Below are positions 33,468-61,015 of a DNA stretch of 64,000 nucleotides, piece by piece (the first letter of the stretch is position 1; each line of letters opens with the position of its first letter). Both the position numbers and the translations under genes were made by a program. The stretch covers positions 11,741,728 to 11,805,727 of the forward strand of contig CAVNZM010000005.1 of the NCBI GenBank assembly GCA_963693365.1. Direction: 5' to 3'. Under the pieces are notes generated by a model that was not told the DNA's origin, did not search any database, and saw only the letters and a list, made by a program, of their open reading frames with translations. Source of the DNA: Amoebidium appalachense. Lineage: Eukaryota; Protista; Ichthyosporea.

Positions 33468-34150
33468 TCGCGAAATTCTACAGCTCATGGGCGTCAGACA
33501 ATCCAAGGCCATTATCACGGCCATCTAGGAGTCTCTAGATGGCCGTGGCCATTATGCATGTTCATGTTGGGAATTCGAAACGGAGCGAGGAGCAAAACGT
33601 CGGAGCGCTCGCCAGCAGTGGAATGAGTGTTGGTGAAAGGGAAAGCACGGGATGGCAAGGGCTAGGAGGGTCCACGTGGGGCGGGAGGGGGCAGGGGGGG
33701 AGGAGGAGCTCGAGGGATCCGGGAGGGCGCCGGGCAGGAGGCCGCATATATATGCATGCATGATGGAAAGCCTTTCCGGCGGAGTTCAAGTTAACTCGGA
33801 TGATCTCGTGGCTGGATAGGTGCTGGACACCCTTTGCATCCCGCCAACAGGGGGAGAGGGGGGAGGGGGAGGGGAGGGGGGGGAAAGGGGGGGGCCCGCG
33901 GGCCACGGGTGCGTATACCCTAGCGCTGGTCGATCATATGCCAGTATGGGTTGTCCGAGTGTGTGGTCACGTTGAGTGTAATTATGCCTGTATGTGTGAG
34001 TCACAGTGTGTGTGTATCGACGTGCGTCCCACGTGAACGAGTCTACATGAGTTCACGACAGAGGAGGTGGGGTTGGGGTGGTGGGGGGCTGGTGTGAGGG
34101 GTGAGGCAGGGACTCCCGGGAGGGGACTCCGAGGGGAGGGAAGGCCTAGC

Positions 34151-34181
<31 letters not shown>

Positions 34182-34956
34182 CGGGGGGGAGGGGGGACTT
34201 GTAAAATCTTGTTTGCTGCAGTTCGCTGCGGGACCTCAGCTGCCGGCGCGCTGCCGCCGCCGGCCGCAGTGGCGGGCCATGCTGCCGCTTCGGAGATGCC
34301 GCAGTCTACATTCATTACCTTGATAAACATTTTACCAGTATTTTGGAGCCAAAGATTCACCCGCAATTTACGCCATACAATGACAGACTATGCAAATAGA
34401 AGAAGATGACCTAGGAATGCAGATGATGCCGTGTGAGCCAATCAATAAGCCGGTGCTTGCAAAGATATTTTTATCACCTCTCTGCCCTTGGAAACAAAAA
34501 AACTTGTCGCGCCCGGACATGTACAGTCGAAAAGGGAGTGAGGAAAGACGGGTTGACAGGCGGAAAAGGTATCAATTACATGTGCGTGAGAGAAGGGACG
34601 ATTTTGATAGCTGGTAACGGAGAGTGCTTGTGTTTAGTGTGGATAATCAGCTGTTGTTCCTGGGATGTCGAATCACTTCCACTTCACGGTTTGTTGAAAC
34701 TTGAGATCATCTATGAACTTCGCCTTACTAGTTAGGGCACGGCTTAAAAAAATCTATCTTCACTTCAGCATCCAGAGTTTTTATTTCCTCTCTCCACCTC
34801 CAAAATGTTTATGCAGGAATGCTTGCCTTCTCTGTACCAGGTTCCAGCAAAGGCGGCTTTGTATACTGACATATACACGACTTTCGGTTTACATTGACAG
34901 GGACACAGGCTGGACTGGTTCCGCAGATACGTTGCTCGCAAGGCCAAGCAAGAAAC

Positions 34957-48238
<13,282 letters not shown>

Positions 48239-48795
48239 ATGCTGGGCACTGGCCCAGCAAAATCTACAAGATGGGCACTGGTACCGTGATGCAAGGGCCG
48301 GCAAAGGAGAGGGGATGGAGAGAGGATGGGAGGGAGGGAGGGAGGGAGCAAGGGGTGGGGATGGGAGGGTGGTAGGGAGGGGGAGGGGGTGGAAGGGAAG
48401 GTGGGGTGGGGGGAGGGAGGGAGGGAGGGGGGGGGGGGGTTGCCAGGGACGGATGTATGGGTGGTATATGATTGACATTAGTGTGTGGGATGGGGGAAGG
48501 TGGGTGGTGGATTGTGTCTGTGCAGGGTTGTAGGAGGTAGGGGGGTGTAAGGTATATAGTGTGTGGATCGTGCAAGCAATTTATAAACATAACGGTTGTG
48601 TGGATTTTGTGCGGTGTTGGTGGTTGATCAGAAATCATGATATGGCTCACTTTTTGCTTATCATTTTTTTTTTTTTTTTTTAGCTAAACCCTGGCACTAG
48701 CTTGCCTTATTGCCCGTTTTTAATCAAAAGAGCAACTTTGCAAGTCGCCCAGTCTCATCAAGTTTGATATCTCACAGTAACTTGCCAGACTTCGT

Positions 48796-48873
<78 letters not shown>

Positions 48874-49343
48874 GTGCACTTATTTCCCGAGGCAGTTCTG
48901 TTTTCCTCTTTCAATATTCATTTCAAGGTGTTACAGTATTTTTCGTCGTCGTTTGATTTGCCTGGTAGTCTACCGGTAAAGCCACAGAACGGTAACAACA
49001 CAATAACAACACAATAAAAACATGAAAAAAGCAACATGTGAACCATATGAGTGCGGTGTGGGCACGTGTAATGAATGCCACAGGTGTGGTATGATAAATT
49101 CAGGCTGATCAGCTTTTACACTACACACCAACCAAAACGATCTGACTGATTATCCATATATGGAAATCTGGGCGGGAAGGTTTTTATAAAACAATTTCCC
49201 TTAAGAGGTAGGAATTTTTACAGAGTGCCATGAACATCTGAATACTTGCATTTAGTTTTTATGTCAGTTCTAGTGCCGGACCGGGTTGAAATTGTGAAAA
49301 AGAGTCTATGGAGTTTTGCAAGGCCGCCTACATATTAGTAAGG

Positions 49344-49416
<73 letters not shown>

Positions 49417-50039
49417 TGTCCGTTGATCTTGCTCGTGGCCAAAAGTTCTTAGCATAGGTCTGGAAGAAAGTGCAGCACGCATACACGTTATTTGTAACAC
49501 ATCGACGTATACATATGCATGTCTTGCATCATTTTATTATCTCCATTGCCACATGTACGCGCAAGTACATGCTGCAGTTGAGTATCTTCGGAATGATTCT
49601 GTAAGATCTCGAACGTAACGAGGAAAAAAAAAAAAAAAAAAAAAAAAAAAACATTGCCACGTCGGGAAGAAATACTTTGGGGCCATCTAATTTTGGTGCC
49701 GGGTACGTGTGTTGACCTAAAAACAATGTGTGGCCCGAGTATTATAAACAGTCTGCTTGGAAAGCTTAATGGTACAGAAACCAAGTTACGAGTGCACAAA
49801 AGGCATACAACGGTAACCAGCATAGAAGGAAATCAGATATTGCTCTCTCCACCACACCGTATAACTAGTAGTCGTCGGCAATACTATATAGGTGTGCATA
49901 TGTTTTAGTGAATAAGGTTGTGCAAATGAGTTTACATGCATTTACGTAAAGCTGGTGTGGTATGAGGTTTCCCTGAAGCCCACCCTGCAAGAACAACATG
50001 GCTGCACACTAAAAAACTGGCCCTTCGCAACAATTTCAT

Positions 50040-50645
50040 TGACACCGGCATCTCCCATAATTCAAAATATGCCATTGCTAAAGTTCTCAACCCATATGCA
50101 TGTTCGCAATCTCGTCCCCCATCTTTCCCTTCTTGTTCCCATCGATCGAAAAAACACAAACATAAATCTCGCAATGCCCAAATTTTCAAAACAAACACCT
50201 GTTCCTGCAAATTTCGAGTCCAGCTTCATAGACAATCCTCCAGGTCTTGTTCCCATCCAGCGAATCATACACGACACAAACATAGATCTCGTAAAGGCCC
50301 AAATTTTCACAAGAATCTCCTGTCCCCCCTTGCACATTTCGAGTCCAGTTTTGCACCTCGTCCACCACCCTTCCCCCTCATCTTTGCATCCATCGAAAGA
50401 ACACAAACATAAATCTCGCAAAAGGCCCGAATTTTCACAAGAATCGCCTTCTCCCCCGTGCAAATTTCGAGTCAATCTTGCATCCTCATCAACCATCTCC
50501 CCCCTCTTGTTCCCATCCATCGAACACAAACATAAATCTCGCAAAGGCCCTAATTTTCACAAGAATCTCCTGTCCCCCCTTGCGAATTTTGAGTCCAGCT
50601 TTGCCGCTTCATCTACCATCTTGCCCCTCTTGTTGCCGTCCATGC
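50040..50645 (-). repeat. ~120-bp tandem repeat (~5 diverged units) made of the last codons, stop and proximal 3'UTR of the GPALPP1-like gene
   Basis: Recurring acacaaacataaatctcgcaaaggccc..aattttcacaagaatc..aatttcgagtc. The first unit on the minus strand encodes [28 protein letters not shown]. Confidence 0.85.
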
Positions 50646-50991
50646 GATACACGTTCAGGTCTGTCTCCCGGCTGAACGGCCGCCACTTGGTCTCCCCCTC
50701 GTCCTTCTCCTTGTGGATGTTCATCAGAGACTGCCCCCGTCTTTGCTCCTGCGTTGATTTCATGGTTCGTATTTATTTTTAATTTTTTAATAAAAAAAAG
50801 TGGTGGGAAGGGGGGGGGGGGGGGGGGGGGGAAGAATTTTTTTTCTGGTGGTGATGAGCGGAAGGGGGGGGGGGGGGGGGGGGGGGTTTCAGGTCAGAAA
50901 GCGCAACAGGAAAGAGGGAAAGTGGCAGTGTGTGGCACAGTGAACTTGATGGAAGTGCGTGGCCATTTTTCATATTTTAATTTATGGTGTT

Positions 50992-51024
<33 letters not shown>

Positions 51025-52430
51025 GGGGGGGGGGGGGGGGGGGGGGGCAAGACTTTGTGTGCCTGAAAAGTACTCTTCGGTAAAGAGAAGAGGGAATGAC
51101 GTGGGGGGATGGGGAGGGGGAGGTTGAAAGAGGGCGCGGGGGGGGGGGGGGGGGGGAGGGGGGGGGATTCCAGGCAGGAGCCCGGAATTTTGGGAGATTA
51201 GAAATGGGAGAGTTGCACTAAGGTGATGATGATGGTGGTGGTGGTGGTGTGTGTGGGGGGGGGGGGGCAATCAAGAAATCAACGCCGTACTTCTAATTTC
51301 GTTGATCTGTTGATCTACTTCTTAGATAAAATGAATTGCTCGAGAGAGGATGTGTGTTACGTGTGCTCGTGTGGCTACGTGCATGCTTGCAGCGTTTCAC
51401 TCGTGCACGTGCGGGTGTACGTGTGCATTACTTGGTTGCATGTGTTCAATTGGGATAGAGGGAACGAGAAGGGGCGACCCCCGAGAGAAGGGGGCAGAAA
51501 AAGAGTAAAAAACGAGAAAGAAAAGGAAACGCTCTTCATAAGCATGAGTGGGTACGGTCAAGTGTGTTTAGATAAATGGTAGAAAGCAGGAGGGGGGGGG
51601 GGGGGGGGGGGGTTTGAATGCGGAACACGGTACGAAGTACGCATACACGACAAGAAGCGTGGTGCAGGACACATGCAAAGGCAAACATCCAAGTATGCAA
51701 CATCAGCCATGTGCACAGTATGCGTCATAAGCAGAGCCCATCCTCAGGGAGGACCCAGGGGGAGGATTGACTGCTACAAAGAATGAAGCACAATATTGCG
51801 ACGTGAGAACACAAAGTAAATATTCAAAAAATGTGCAAACATTGTCAACGAGCATGTGTTTAGGTAGGGCTCATCATCGGAACGGTGTGTGTGTGTGGGG
51901 GGGGGGGGGGGGGGGGGGGGGGGGAGGGGGGGGGGGGAAGGGGAGGGGGGAGGGGGGACGTATGTATTAGGGGGTTAAAAATATGGAGGGGGAGCCATCA
52001 AAAGACAAAAACACAAAACACCAAGGAAGTCAAAATCAGAAACAAACCTAGACAAAAAAAAATAAAAAAGAAGGGGAGGGGGGGGGAGGGGGTGTCACAT
52101 TGTAGGCATCAACTGCAGCAGCCAAGGCCTTGTCTCTCTCCGACTCCCGCATCACTGGTGTAGGCTTGGGCCTGGGCCCTGCATCCCCACCCAGACCCAT
52201 GGCCTTCTCTCGCGCCTGATTGGCCCATTGTCAGCAGGTGATTTGGTAGTGGCTCTACGCTTGGGTTCGTGTCTGAATGTGCTTTGTGGTCTCCGCTCTT
52301 ATTTCTAATTATTGTTTTTGGGAGCCCCTCTCCCCTCCCCCCCCCCCCCCTTTTTTTTTCTTTTCTTTTTTTTTTCCTTGCACCCCCTCCCCCCCCCTCC
52401 CCCCCCCCCCCTAATACCTCCCATTCTCTC

Positions 52431-52493
<63 letters not shown>

Positions 52494-52796
52494 ACACACA
52501 GCCACACCCTCCAAATTCTACTCACCCATCATTACCTCTCCGCCCAAAGTCCCCCATCAGCACAACAAAAAAAAAAAAAAAAAAAAAAACTCAGAGCACA
52601 CACACATGCACACAACCAGTAACTAACATATCCCCCACAACAGCGCCACACACTTACACAGTTCCCCACACATTTTCATGAGCACATGAGCTATTACTGC
52701 AGCAATACCACGTTGGCCCATCCCTTTTATGTACAACCACGCCTAAACCTGCCGACCCACGCTATTCCAACCCATGCTCTTCCCCCCCCTCCCACC

Positions 52797-52831
<35 letters not shown>

Positions 52832-53091
52832 CCTCCCCCCCCCCCCGTCCTCCCCCCTCATTCATGTCTTGTCCCAGTAGAGGTACAACACTTCACTACC
52901 CCCGACCCCACCCACCACACAGCTTCATTACCAGAACACACCAAATGGCACATTTACCCCTCACCTCACACTCACCCTTACCCATTCAACCCCCACCCGC
53001 TTTGTTTCTTTTCTCCGCCCACCTCACCAGCAGCCACTATTCCAAGCCCCAGCCAGCCCCTCCCTCCTGCCCCCCCCCCCCCCCCCCCCCT

Positions 53092-53129
<38 letters not shown>

Positions 53130-53522
53130 CCCTCCCGGTTCCCCGCCCACAAAGACAAACACACACACACCCTCTTTCTCTGCCCATATCCTCCCCCCTC
53201 CTCCCTCCCCCCCCCCCCCCCCCCCCCCACAAACGCACCCTGTCTCTCTCCGCAAATCATTCCCCCCCTCCCCCATCCCCCCCCCCCTCCCCCCCAGAAA
53301 AAACACACACCCTGTCTTCCCCCCCCCCCCAAATCCTCCCCCATCCACAAACAGCCCCCTCCCCTCCCCACAGACCTTTGCCTGCCGCTCAGCAATGATT
53401 GCCGGTGTGTCTGTCCACTGGGACCTGTCCCCCTTGGACCCCCCCTGTGGCTTGCTGCTGAATGTGCGTGCTTGAAGGGCAGCCCCTGCCCCCATACCCC
53501 ACCATTAGAATACCTGTTTCGA

Positions 53523-53553
<31 letters not shown>

Positions 53554-53630
53554 CCCCCCCACACCCACCCACCCAGCCAAAGAAAAAAAAAAAAAACAAA
53601 CAAAAAAAAAACCTCTTCTATTGGCACACT

Positions 53631-53688
<58 letters not shown>

Positions 53689-53804
53689 TGCGCGCGCGCG
53701 CGCGGGTGCACGTGTGTGTGCGTGTGTATCCTTGTGTGTGTGTGCGCGCGCCCGGTTGCGTGTGTCTGTATTTGTGTGTTTGCCTACATGGGAGTCTATT
53801 TGAA

Positions 53805-53838
<34 letters not shown>

Positions 53839-54784
53839 TGTGTGTTTGTGTGTAACGCGTGTGTTCAAGATTGTGTTTTGAGGAATCAGAGACAGCTGGG
53901 GAGGAAAGCCAGCGGCACTATTGGCAGGCAGCGGCGCCCAGAGGAAGGGTGGGTGGGTGGGGGGGGGGGGGGGGGGGGGGGGGGGGTAAGGGGGAGAGGT
54001 GGGAGATCGAGTAGGGAGAAAAGAGGGGGGGGGGGGGGGGGGGGGGAAGGGGATATATATCGCCGGGGAGGGGGGGATAGGGGGGGTAGGGGCCCACTAG
54101 GGGGAGATGGATCACCTGGGCGGGACGGGGGGGGGGAGGGGAGGGGGGGGGGGGGGGGGGAAGGGGGGGGGGAGGGGAGGGGGGATACCCATGCCAAGGA
54201 CGTGCTCTGCAGGCAACTCCACCATCCACTCTTCACGTGCCAACTTCTCCGTCCCAGACTGCACACATAGTCGTGTCAGCCATGGGGGCAGATGAGGTTT
54301 TATTCTCTTTCGGTGTCATTTTTCGTCAAATTTGTAAGGAGATATTTCCTTCTCCACCCCCATTACCCCCCGAAAAAAATGGCGCGATTGAAGGCGTGGG
54401 GAGGAAAAAAATACACCTTGTCTCTGCTTGTAGACAGGCCTATAAATCTAATCCCAGGCTTCCTCTTCCCTGTCAATGTTTCTACCACACAACAAACCCA
54501 CCATTATTTTTGTAAAGGTGACTCGACCCACAAAAGCATAGTCGTTGGCAAGCGTGTTCACGAAAACAAGCCCTCGTGGTCTTGTTAACGACAGGAAATG
54601 CCGGGGTGTGGGAAAAGGGGATGATAGAAATAGGGCCGGGGGCGGGGGGGGACCACATGAAAGACGAAAACGAGCAAAGGGAAGGCAAAGCAGAAAGAAA
54701 ATGTGTAGCACCTGTTTGTTTATCGTCCACATGCTTACCTCCCTCTTCCCATCCACCTTCAACACACAAACACGCAGACACATC

Positions 54785-54827
<43 letters not shown>

Positions 54828-55035
54828 AACACACATGCGCACACAGGAGCGCGCGCACACACACACACACACACGCACGCACGCACACACACACACACAC
54901 ACAAGAAAGAAGGAACAAAACGTGCAGTATAACGTGCAGTGAATTAGTGTCTGTGTACTAATGGTAGTGAATTTTTGGTAAAGGTCTAGAGTAGCGAGGA
55001 AGGCGCCAGGGGGTGGGGGTTGAGGAGGGAGGGGG

Positions 55036-55070
<35 letters not shown>

Positions 55071-56255
55071 ATCACCGCTTTTGCTTCCATTTTCTGTTTC
55101 ATAGCCAAACTCCTGCGCTCAATTTCCAGCAGCTTCGCTCTCAGTCCGTCCTCATCCTATTGTGTGTGTGTGTGTGTGTTGTGTGTGTATGTGTTTGTGT
55201 GTGTATGTGTTTGTATATTGTGTGTGCGTGTGTGTGTGGAGGGGTGAGGGGGGGAGGGAGGGGGGAGGGGGTGGGGGGGAGGGAATGAAGATGGAGGCAG
55301 GCACAAGTGAGATAACTGGCATAAGGTAATATAAGGCGGAGGGTGGGAGAAAGGGAGGAGGCACTGGGGGGCGGGAGGGGGGGGGTGGGGGGGGGGGGGG
55401 ATGACGAGAAGGTAGGGTAGGGAGGGGGAGGAAAAGGGGGGGAGGGGGAGAGGGGGGAGGAGTTGTTAGATCCATGAAATATGTTCCAAGCTTCATGCAA
55501 ATAATTGTTGTCGAGGTAAAAGAAAAACTATCAAACCCTGTTTCCGCTAATTGCAGTTGAAAGGAAAGAGTTTACTAAGAGGATCTCTCAGAGCATGCAG
55601 TAATACTCCGTTCCGTTGGAAGTAAACTATTACACTAAAACCGACAGGTGAATTCAACACAAGAAAAACATCCCATACATAAACGTGCAAAAAAAGGGTC
55701 ACGTACTGAATTGTCTCCAGTAGGCAGTGTAGGCCCCACCACGTCATCCTCTTCCTCCTCCTCCCCTGCAATTCCCTGTGCACTGGCCTGTGCTATCAAC
55801 TCCTCAAGGCTCAGCCCCTCGGGCAGGGAAGGACCCACCCTTCTCTTTTGCGTGTCTTCATTACTCTCTACCCTTTCTGGTAAACGCGGGCCCATGTTCG
55901 TTGGTCTCTGAGGACCCATCCCACCTTCTCCTTCTTCATCACTTCTAGGGGGTCGTTGTGGCCCAACTTCCCGTGGTAAGTCAGGTGGCCTTTCCGGTCC
56001 ACAAAAAGTTGCATCAGACGGTTCATCTGCAGTATTGATGGTTGGCCATGGTGGTGAGGGTGGGACCGTACGTGGGCGTTTTACTGAGGGAGGGTCAGGA
56101 ACATGGGTTCCTGGGCTGGAGTCATCACTGCTGCTACTGTCGTCTCGTGTGCGCTTCTTGGAGTGCTTTTCCTTCTTGTCCTTCCTCTTCTTGGACTTCT
56201 TCTTCTCTCTCTTTTCCTTCTTCTCTTTCTTTTCCTTCTTGCTGCTTGAACCCAT
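50557..56255 (-). CDS. GPALPP1: GPALPP motifs-containing protein 1-like, multi-exon
   Basis: Lys-rich N-terminus and repeated GPxxP motifs (GPQRP, GPSLP, GPTLP). Exons [26 protein letters not shown] and [26 protein letters not shown] match the family C-terminal pattern from memory. Confidence 0.8.
51613..51757 (-). mobile_element. Permuted-hammerhead element, subfamily A, 3' fragment in a GPALPP1 intron
   Basis: Matches 9507-9650, flanked by G-runs. Confidence 0.85.
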
Positions 56256-58449
56256 TTTAACGTTTATGTCTATCACTCCGACAACATTACAAACTTTTGT
56301 CTTTTGTTTTTTTCGAGCGGTGCTCGCTTCTGGAATCTGGATCCAGATGGAGAGCGGGTGAATCTCAGCATTTTGTTTTGTTTGCGTAAGTTGAAAATTT
56401 GGCGCCATCCAAAATAATAACCTTATATAGTAAGCGCCACTTAGGTCCTCCGTGACGTCATGGCTGTGTCAAACCAGCTTTCCGGATCAGCTCGAGCTAC
56501 ACACAGGCTAGTATCGTAGAATTTGTCTACTGCATTAAGATATTAATAAATGCAAATGTTATCAGACCTCAACCATTTTACACTCTCTGCCCTTGTAATG
56601 GTTTTTATTCAAGCTTAGTCGACCGTATCCGAGGCAATGACAAAGTTTTGTGTGTTTATTCATTGATGGGCATTTTGGCTTTTTCTGGGCTGACTTGATT
56701 GGATAAATATGGTGGCATCTCCAACAGCTGGTAGGTAACGTGAGAATGCATTGAAGTCTTTGCCCGCTCCATGCACACAGAAATACTAATAGAACTTTAT
56801 AAAATTTTAAATAAAGACTTATTTCTTTTAAAGATAATATTACTGATGGGTATAGTGTTATTTGGCTACGCACACACACTTTTGTCAAGACTTTGGCACC
56901 TAGTTCTTGCTGTTCCGTTCCGAACTTCGATTATCGCATTGTACTGTAATTGTCATGCTTGCTCATTGCCGTACGTTTGTCGTTTTGCGATTGGTTACGA
57001 CTGCCCATCTATGCGCTTTGTGATTGGTTAATAACTGAATTACGCCAGTCTTAATGAAAGCCAATGATAATCAATACTTTATGACCTAATATAGCTACCA
57101 GTGCATGGTTTTTACGGGCCAGTGCTCAACTAAGCGCGGTAAAGTTTGCTATCGGCACTCGCTTTTTATTGGCTGTGCTACTAAGGTATTCAAAAAAGAA
57201 AGCACACGCACAACATTTATGCGGTCCTAATTGATTACATTAACAGCATAAATAAATAAATAATGATAAAAAGTATTGAGCTTACAAAGTATTAGATCTT
57301 AACAATAGTAAACCGAAATACTACAGAGAGATCATCACACATGTGATATGGTATAATCTAGCCTCCTCGCATTCTGTTGGCTCTACGTCACACGATCGTC
57401 CAGATTTCGGCGATGTGCCGATATCAGCTCCAATTGGCTGCGGATCATTGTTTACGTGTACAGCTGAGTAGGGTAAGAGGTTTATGATACCGTTTGTTGT
57501 GATCCAGAAAGAGAGGGGGGGCTATTTTTTTGCTATAGTACATTTGAAACTTATTTTAAACACCCTTTAATGTATCTGGTCAAAAAAAGCTTTATATTAT
57601 GTGGCTGAGGAATGCCGGGATTTCGACTATCTGGTATCAAGACAACAACAACATGTCTCATTTTATTTACCCTTGCTCCAAAAAAGAAGCAACCAACCCC
57701 CGAGGGTTTCATTCAACTTGAGCTAAAAAAAAGCAGATGGGCTCTTGCCCTTGGAACACAAAAAACGTTCCCTCGTTACCTTCAATGATTGCACGTGTAA
57801 GCCTCTTTTTTACTTGACATTTTTTTTTGTTGTTATTGTTTCTTCAGTTACTGTGGAGGACGTTTCCTTTCTAATATCAGTATCAAGCTAACCCAAACCT
57901 TTCGGATTCTTCCCAGTCGTGGAATTTTGGTCTGTGGGCCGGAAAAGATTTCTGACTCCAAGACTGAGCCATTCGTACTGCCCACCCTAGTTACACTTCC
58001 ATTGTTTGCAAAGTGCACGGCTCGGGACGATGTTAGTTTAGGCATACTTACACCTTCTTCTCTTTTTTAGCTGTTTGGCTGGCATACCGAGATCAAGGAG
58101 GGTCCCAGCTCCGTATATTTTTGGGCGCAGCATGTGCTAACAAATCTCGTGTTACATATACGGTGAACCATCAACATCAAGAAGCTTATTTTGCTGAAAA
58201 CTACCGTCGAGAAACACGCAGGCCAAAAACCTGCCTATGAACAGAGGTTTTGAACCAACTATTTCTAGTTGCCGCTTATATTCAGCAGACACGCAAATAT
58301 AACAAGAAACTTTACACACGTAAATTCTTTTCCGTGCCGGCCGACAACAGCAAAGACAACACACCTTTTCGAGGTAAGTGCTAGGCTATAAGCTGTTAGG
58401 AATTTAATTATCCCCCCCCCCCTTCCCCCCTTCCTCCCTCCTCCCCTCT

Positions 58450-58493
<44 letters not shown>

Positions 58494-59393
58494 TCCCGGG
58501 TCGCTCTGTTGTGTTCGAGGCATGTCGTCTTTTAACCCCCAGCGCTACCATGGCACCCCCATTATGTTCCTTTTTGAACCCTTGTTACCTCCAGCAACTC
58601 CGTGCACAGGCTGGCTGCTAGAATGTCATGACACTGTGAAACCCCTTTTTCTCCTGCTCATCAGGTGCTATATCCGTTTTACAGAAGAAGCAAATCCTGT
58701 TTAGGCTAATAGTATGTTTTTGTCTGTTTGTGGAGGTATTGAGATGGCTGCGGGCCCTGCGGGCAAGTGTTTATGGAAGACCTAGTGTGAAAATATAACT
58801 AGAACCGATTGTACAGGGTGCATACCTTTTACATATTTTTTCCCGGTGCATGTTGAAGGGCTCGTGCAATAGTAAGTTGCGCATACAGTCACACTTCCGC
58901 TGAAGTCTCTGTGTACACACAGTCTATCCAGGCCTCTGTTGGTTGTTTGACCTACTCCGTTAACACGTCTGTATAGGTCAAGACCAGTGTTGAATGTACC
59001 TATCATCTGTGAAACGTCAGACATGGCACGTGCTTTTGCGATGTGATGTCATGTATGCATTAAATCATTTCGTAGGAATCATGAATCAGGGCTGAATAAA
59101 ACGGAAAAAAAGAAAGAAACTGACACGAAGCAGACACAGGTCGGCAACCAGCTTCTTCGTTTATTTTTTATGGCTTTGACAAGAGAATGAAGGGTAAAAG
59201 CAAACAAGTACAAGGCTCTGAGGAGAGGAAGAAAGGAAAAGAAAAAGAGTTTCTAAGTAGAGGCCTGTAAGATGTTGCGAAAATTCATGTTTTTTTCGCC
59301 TTCTGGCTGAGTAGAGGGCTTGGAGCCAACAAGAAAACATGTAAAAACTTGAACCGTGTTCGTGTTGCAGTTGCAGAAAGACTGGCAGTGAGA

Positions 59394-60023
59394 ATGCGGA
59401 AACCAACACCGTTCGAGCAGCCCGTGTGCATAAACTGTAAGTGCTCATGTTGTGGCCTTTTCTTGTGTTGTTTTCTCCATTTTCTGGGACTCTCCTCCCC
59501 TCTTCCTGATCATGGGCTCTGTTCAAGTGTCTTGTGCCTGCACGTTTCAATATAAAATATATAAGTTTTAATTATCGTGACGTTTTTTGTGTTGTCTTTT
59601 GGTGTCTGCTCCTCCATACTTCAAACGCTTTAATGAATACATCCCCCCCCCCCCCCCCCCCCCGGGCACATACGTTTCTTTAATCTCCTTCAATTGCCCT
59701 TTTTTTTTTTTTTTTTTTAATATGATTTAAGTTCTAATAGAGGGTTCAAGAGTGTTGGTAGCTTTTGGGTGTAATCGCCAATATCCAGCCGGTATGCCTA
59801 TTGTTGTTAACACAGGCGCACAACACATGCACAAGCTGGCACACCCCCACGTATACCCTCCCCCCTCTCCCCCCCCCCCCCCCCCCCCCCCCACCCAACA
59901 CACACACACACACAAACAAACACAAATACACACGACGTACAAGCACGTTGTATACACGCACAGTACATACCGACTCACACGCACACACATAGGCACACAC
60001 ACGCGCACACGAACACACATGCC

Positions 60024-60056
<33 letters not shown>

Positions 60057-60087
60057 TCATGCACATGGACACACCCACAAACACACA

Positions 60088-60129
<42 letters not shown>

Positions 60130-60962
60130 CAAGGCGTCCAAGACGCCTATGTGGCGGCGGTCACTCAACAATGAACTACTTTGCAACGCATGTGGACTCT
60201 ACTTCAAAACACATGGTGTGTGCGAAATATCGCAATCATAACTGTCGTAGGGTATCAATCGGATACCCACTTAAGCTCTTGTTTTCCATTCCTTCCAACT
60301 CTGTTGTCACCTTTTGTTTGTTGTTGTTGTTCCGTTAATTTCTTTGGGGTGGGGGGTGTGCTGTTTATTATCGACCTACATGCGAGGCTGTGATCAGTTA
60401 CAAGGACAACAGTATTATCCAAGCAGGTACAGGTCTAATAACGACGTTACAATATTTGAATGATATGTCGAGATTTTGTTTTATAGAGAGAGAGAGAGAG
60501 AGAGAGTGTGTGTGTGTGTGTGTGTGTATGTGTGTGTGTGTGTGTGTGCGTGCGTGCGTGTGTGCGTGTGTGCGTGTGTGCGTGTGTGTGCGTGTAAGGA
60601 ATATTTTAAATTATTTTGTTGGGTGGGAAGGAGGTCCTATCTTGCACCTTTTTATTTTTTTATTATTGTTGTTATTATTGTTATTATTATTGTTGTTATT
60701 ATCATTATCATCATTATGGGGGAGGGGGGGTCGTTTCTTATGGCGACATACACTCTTATTTATTCCTATCTAGGTTAAGGTCTTAACCCTTTAGCATTAG
60801 CATTAACCCCACCCACCCCTACCCAATACGTGCAGGTGCACACAGACCACTGGCCCTCAACACCTACCCGAAACGCAGCACCAGGAGGTGTAGCTCAAAG
60901 TCTCTCCCCCCACAGATGCCCCAGCGGAGACTGAGCAAGGTGTGTGTGTGTACGTGCGTGTG

Positions 60963-61015
<53 letters not shown>

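Noticed and set aside
49955-50782. 275-aa plus-strand ORF
   Set aside because: It is antisense to the GPALPP1 last exon and its tandem repeats, with no recognisable domain.
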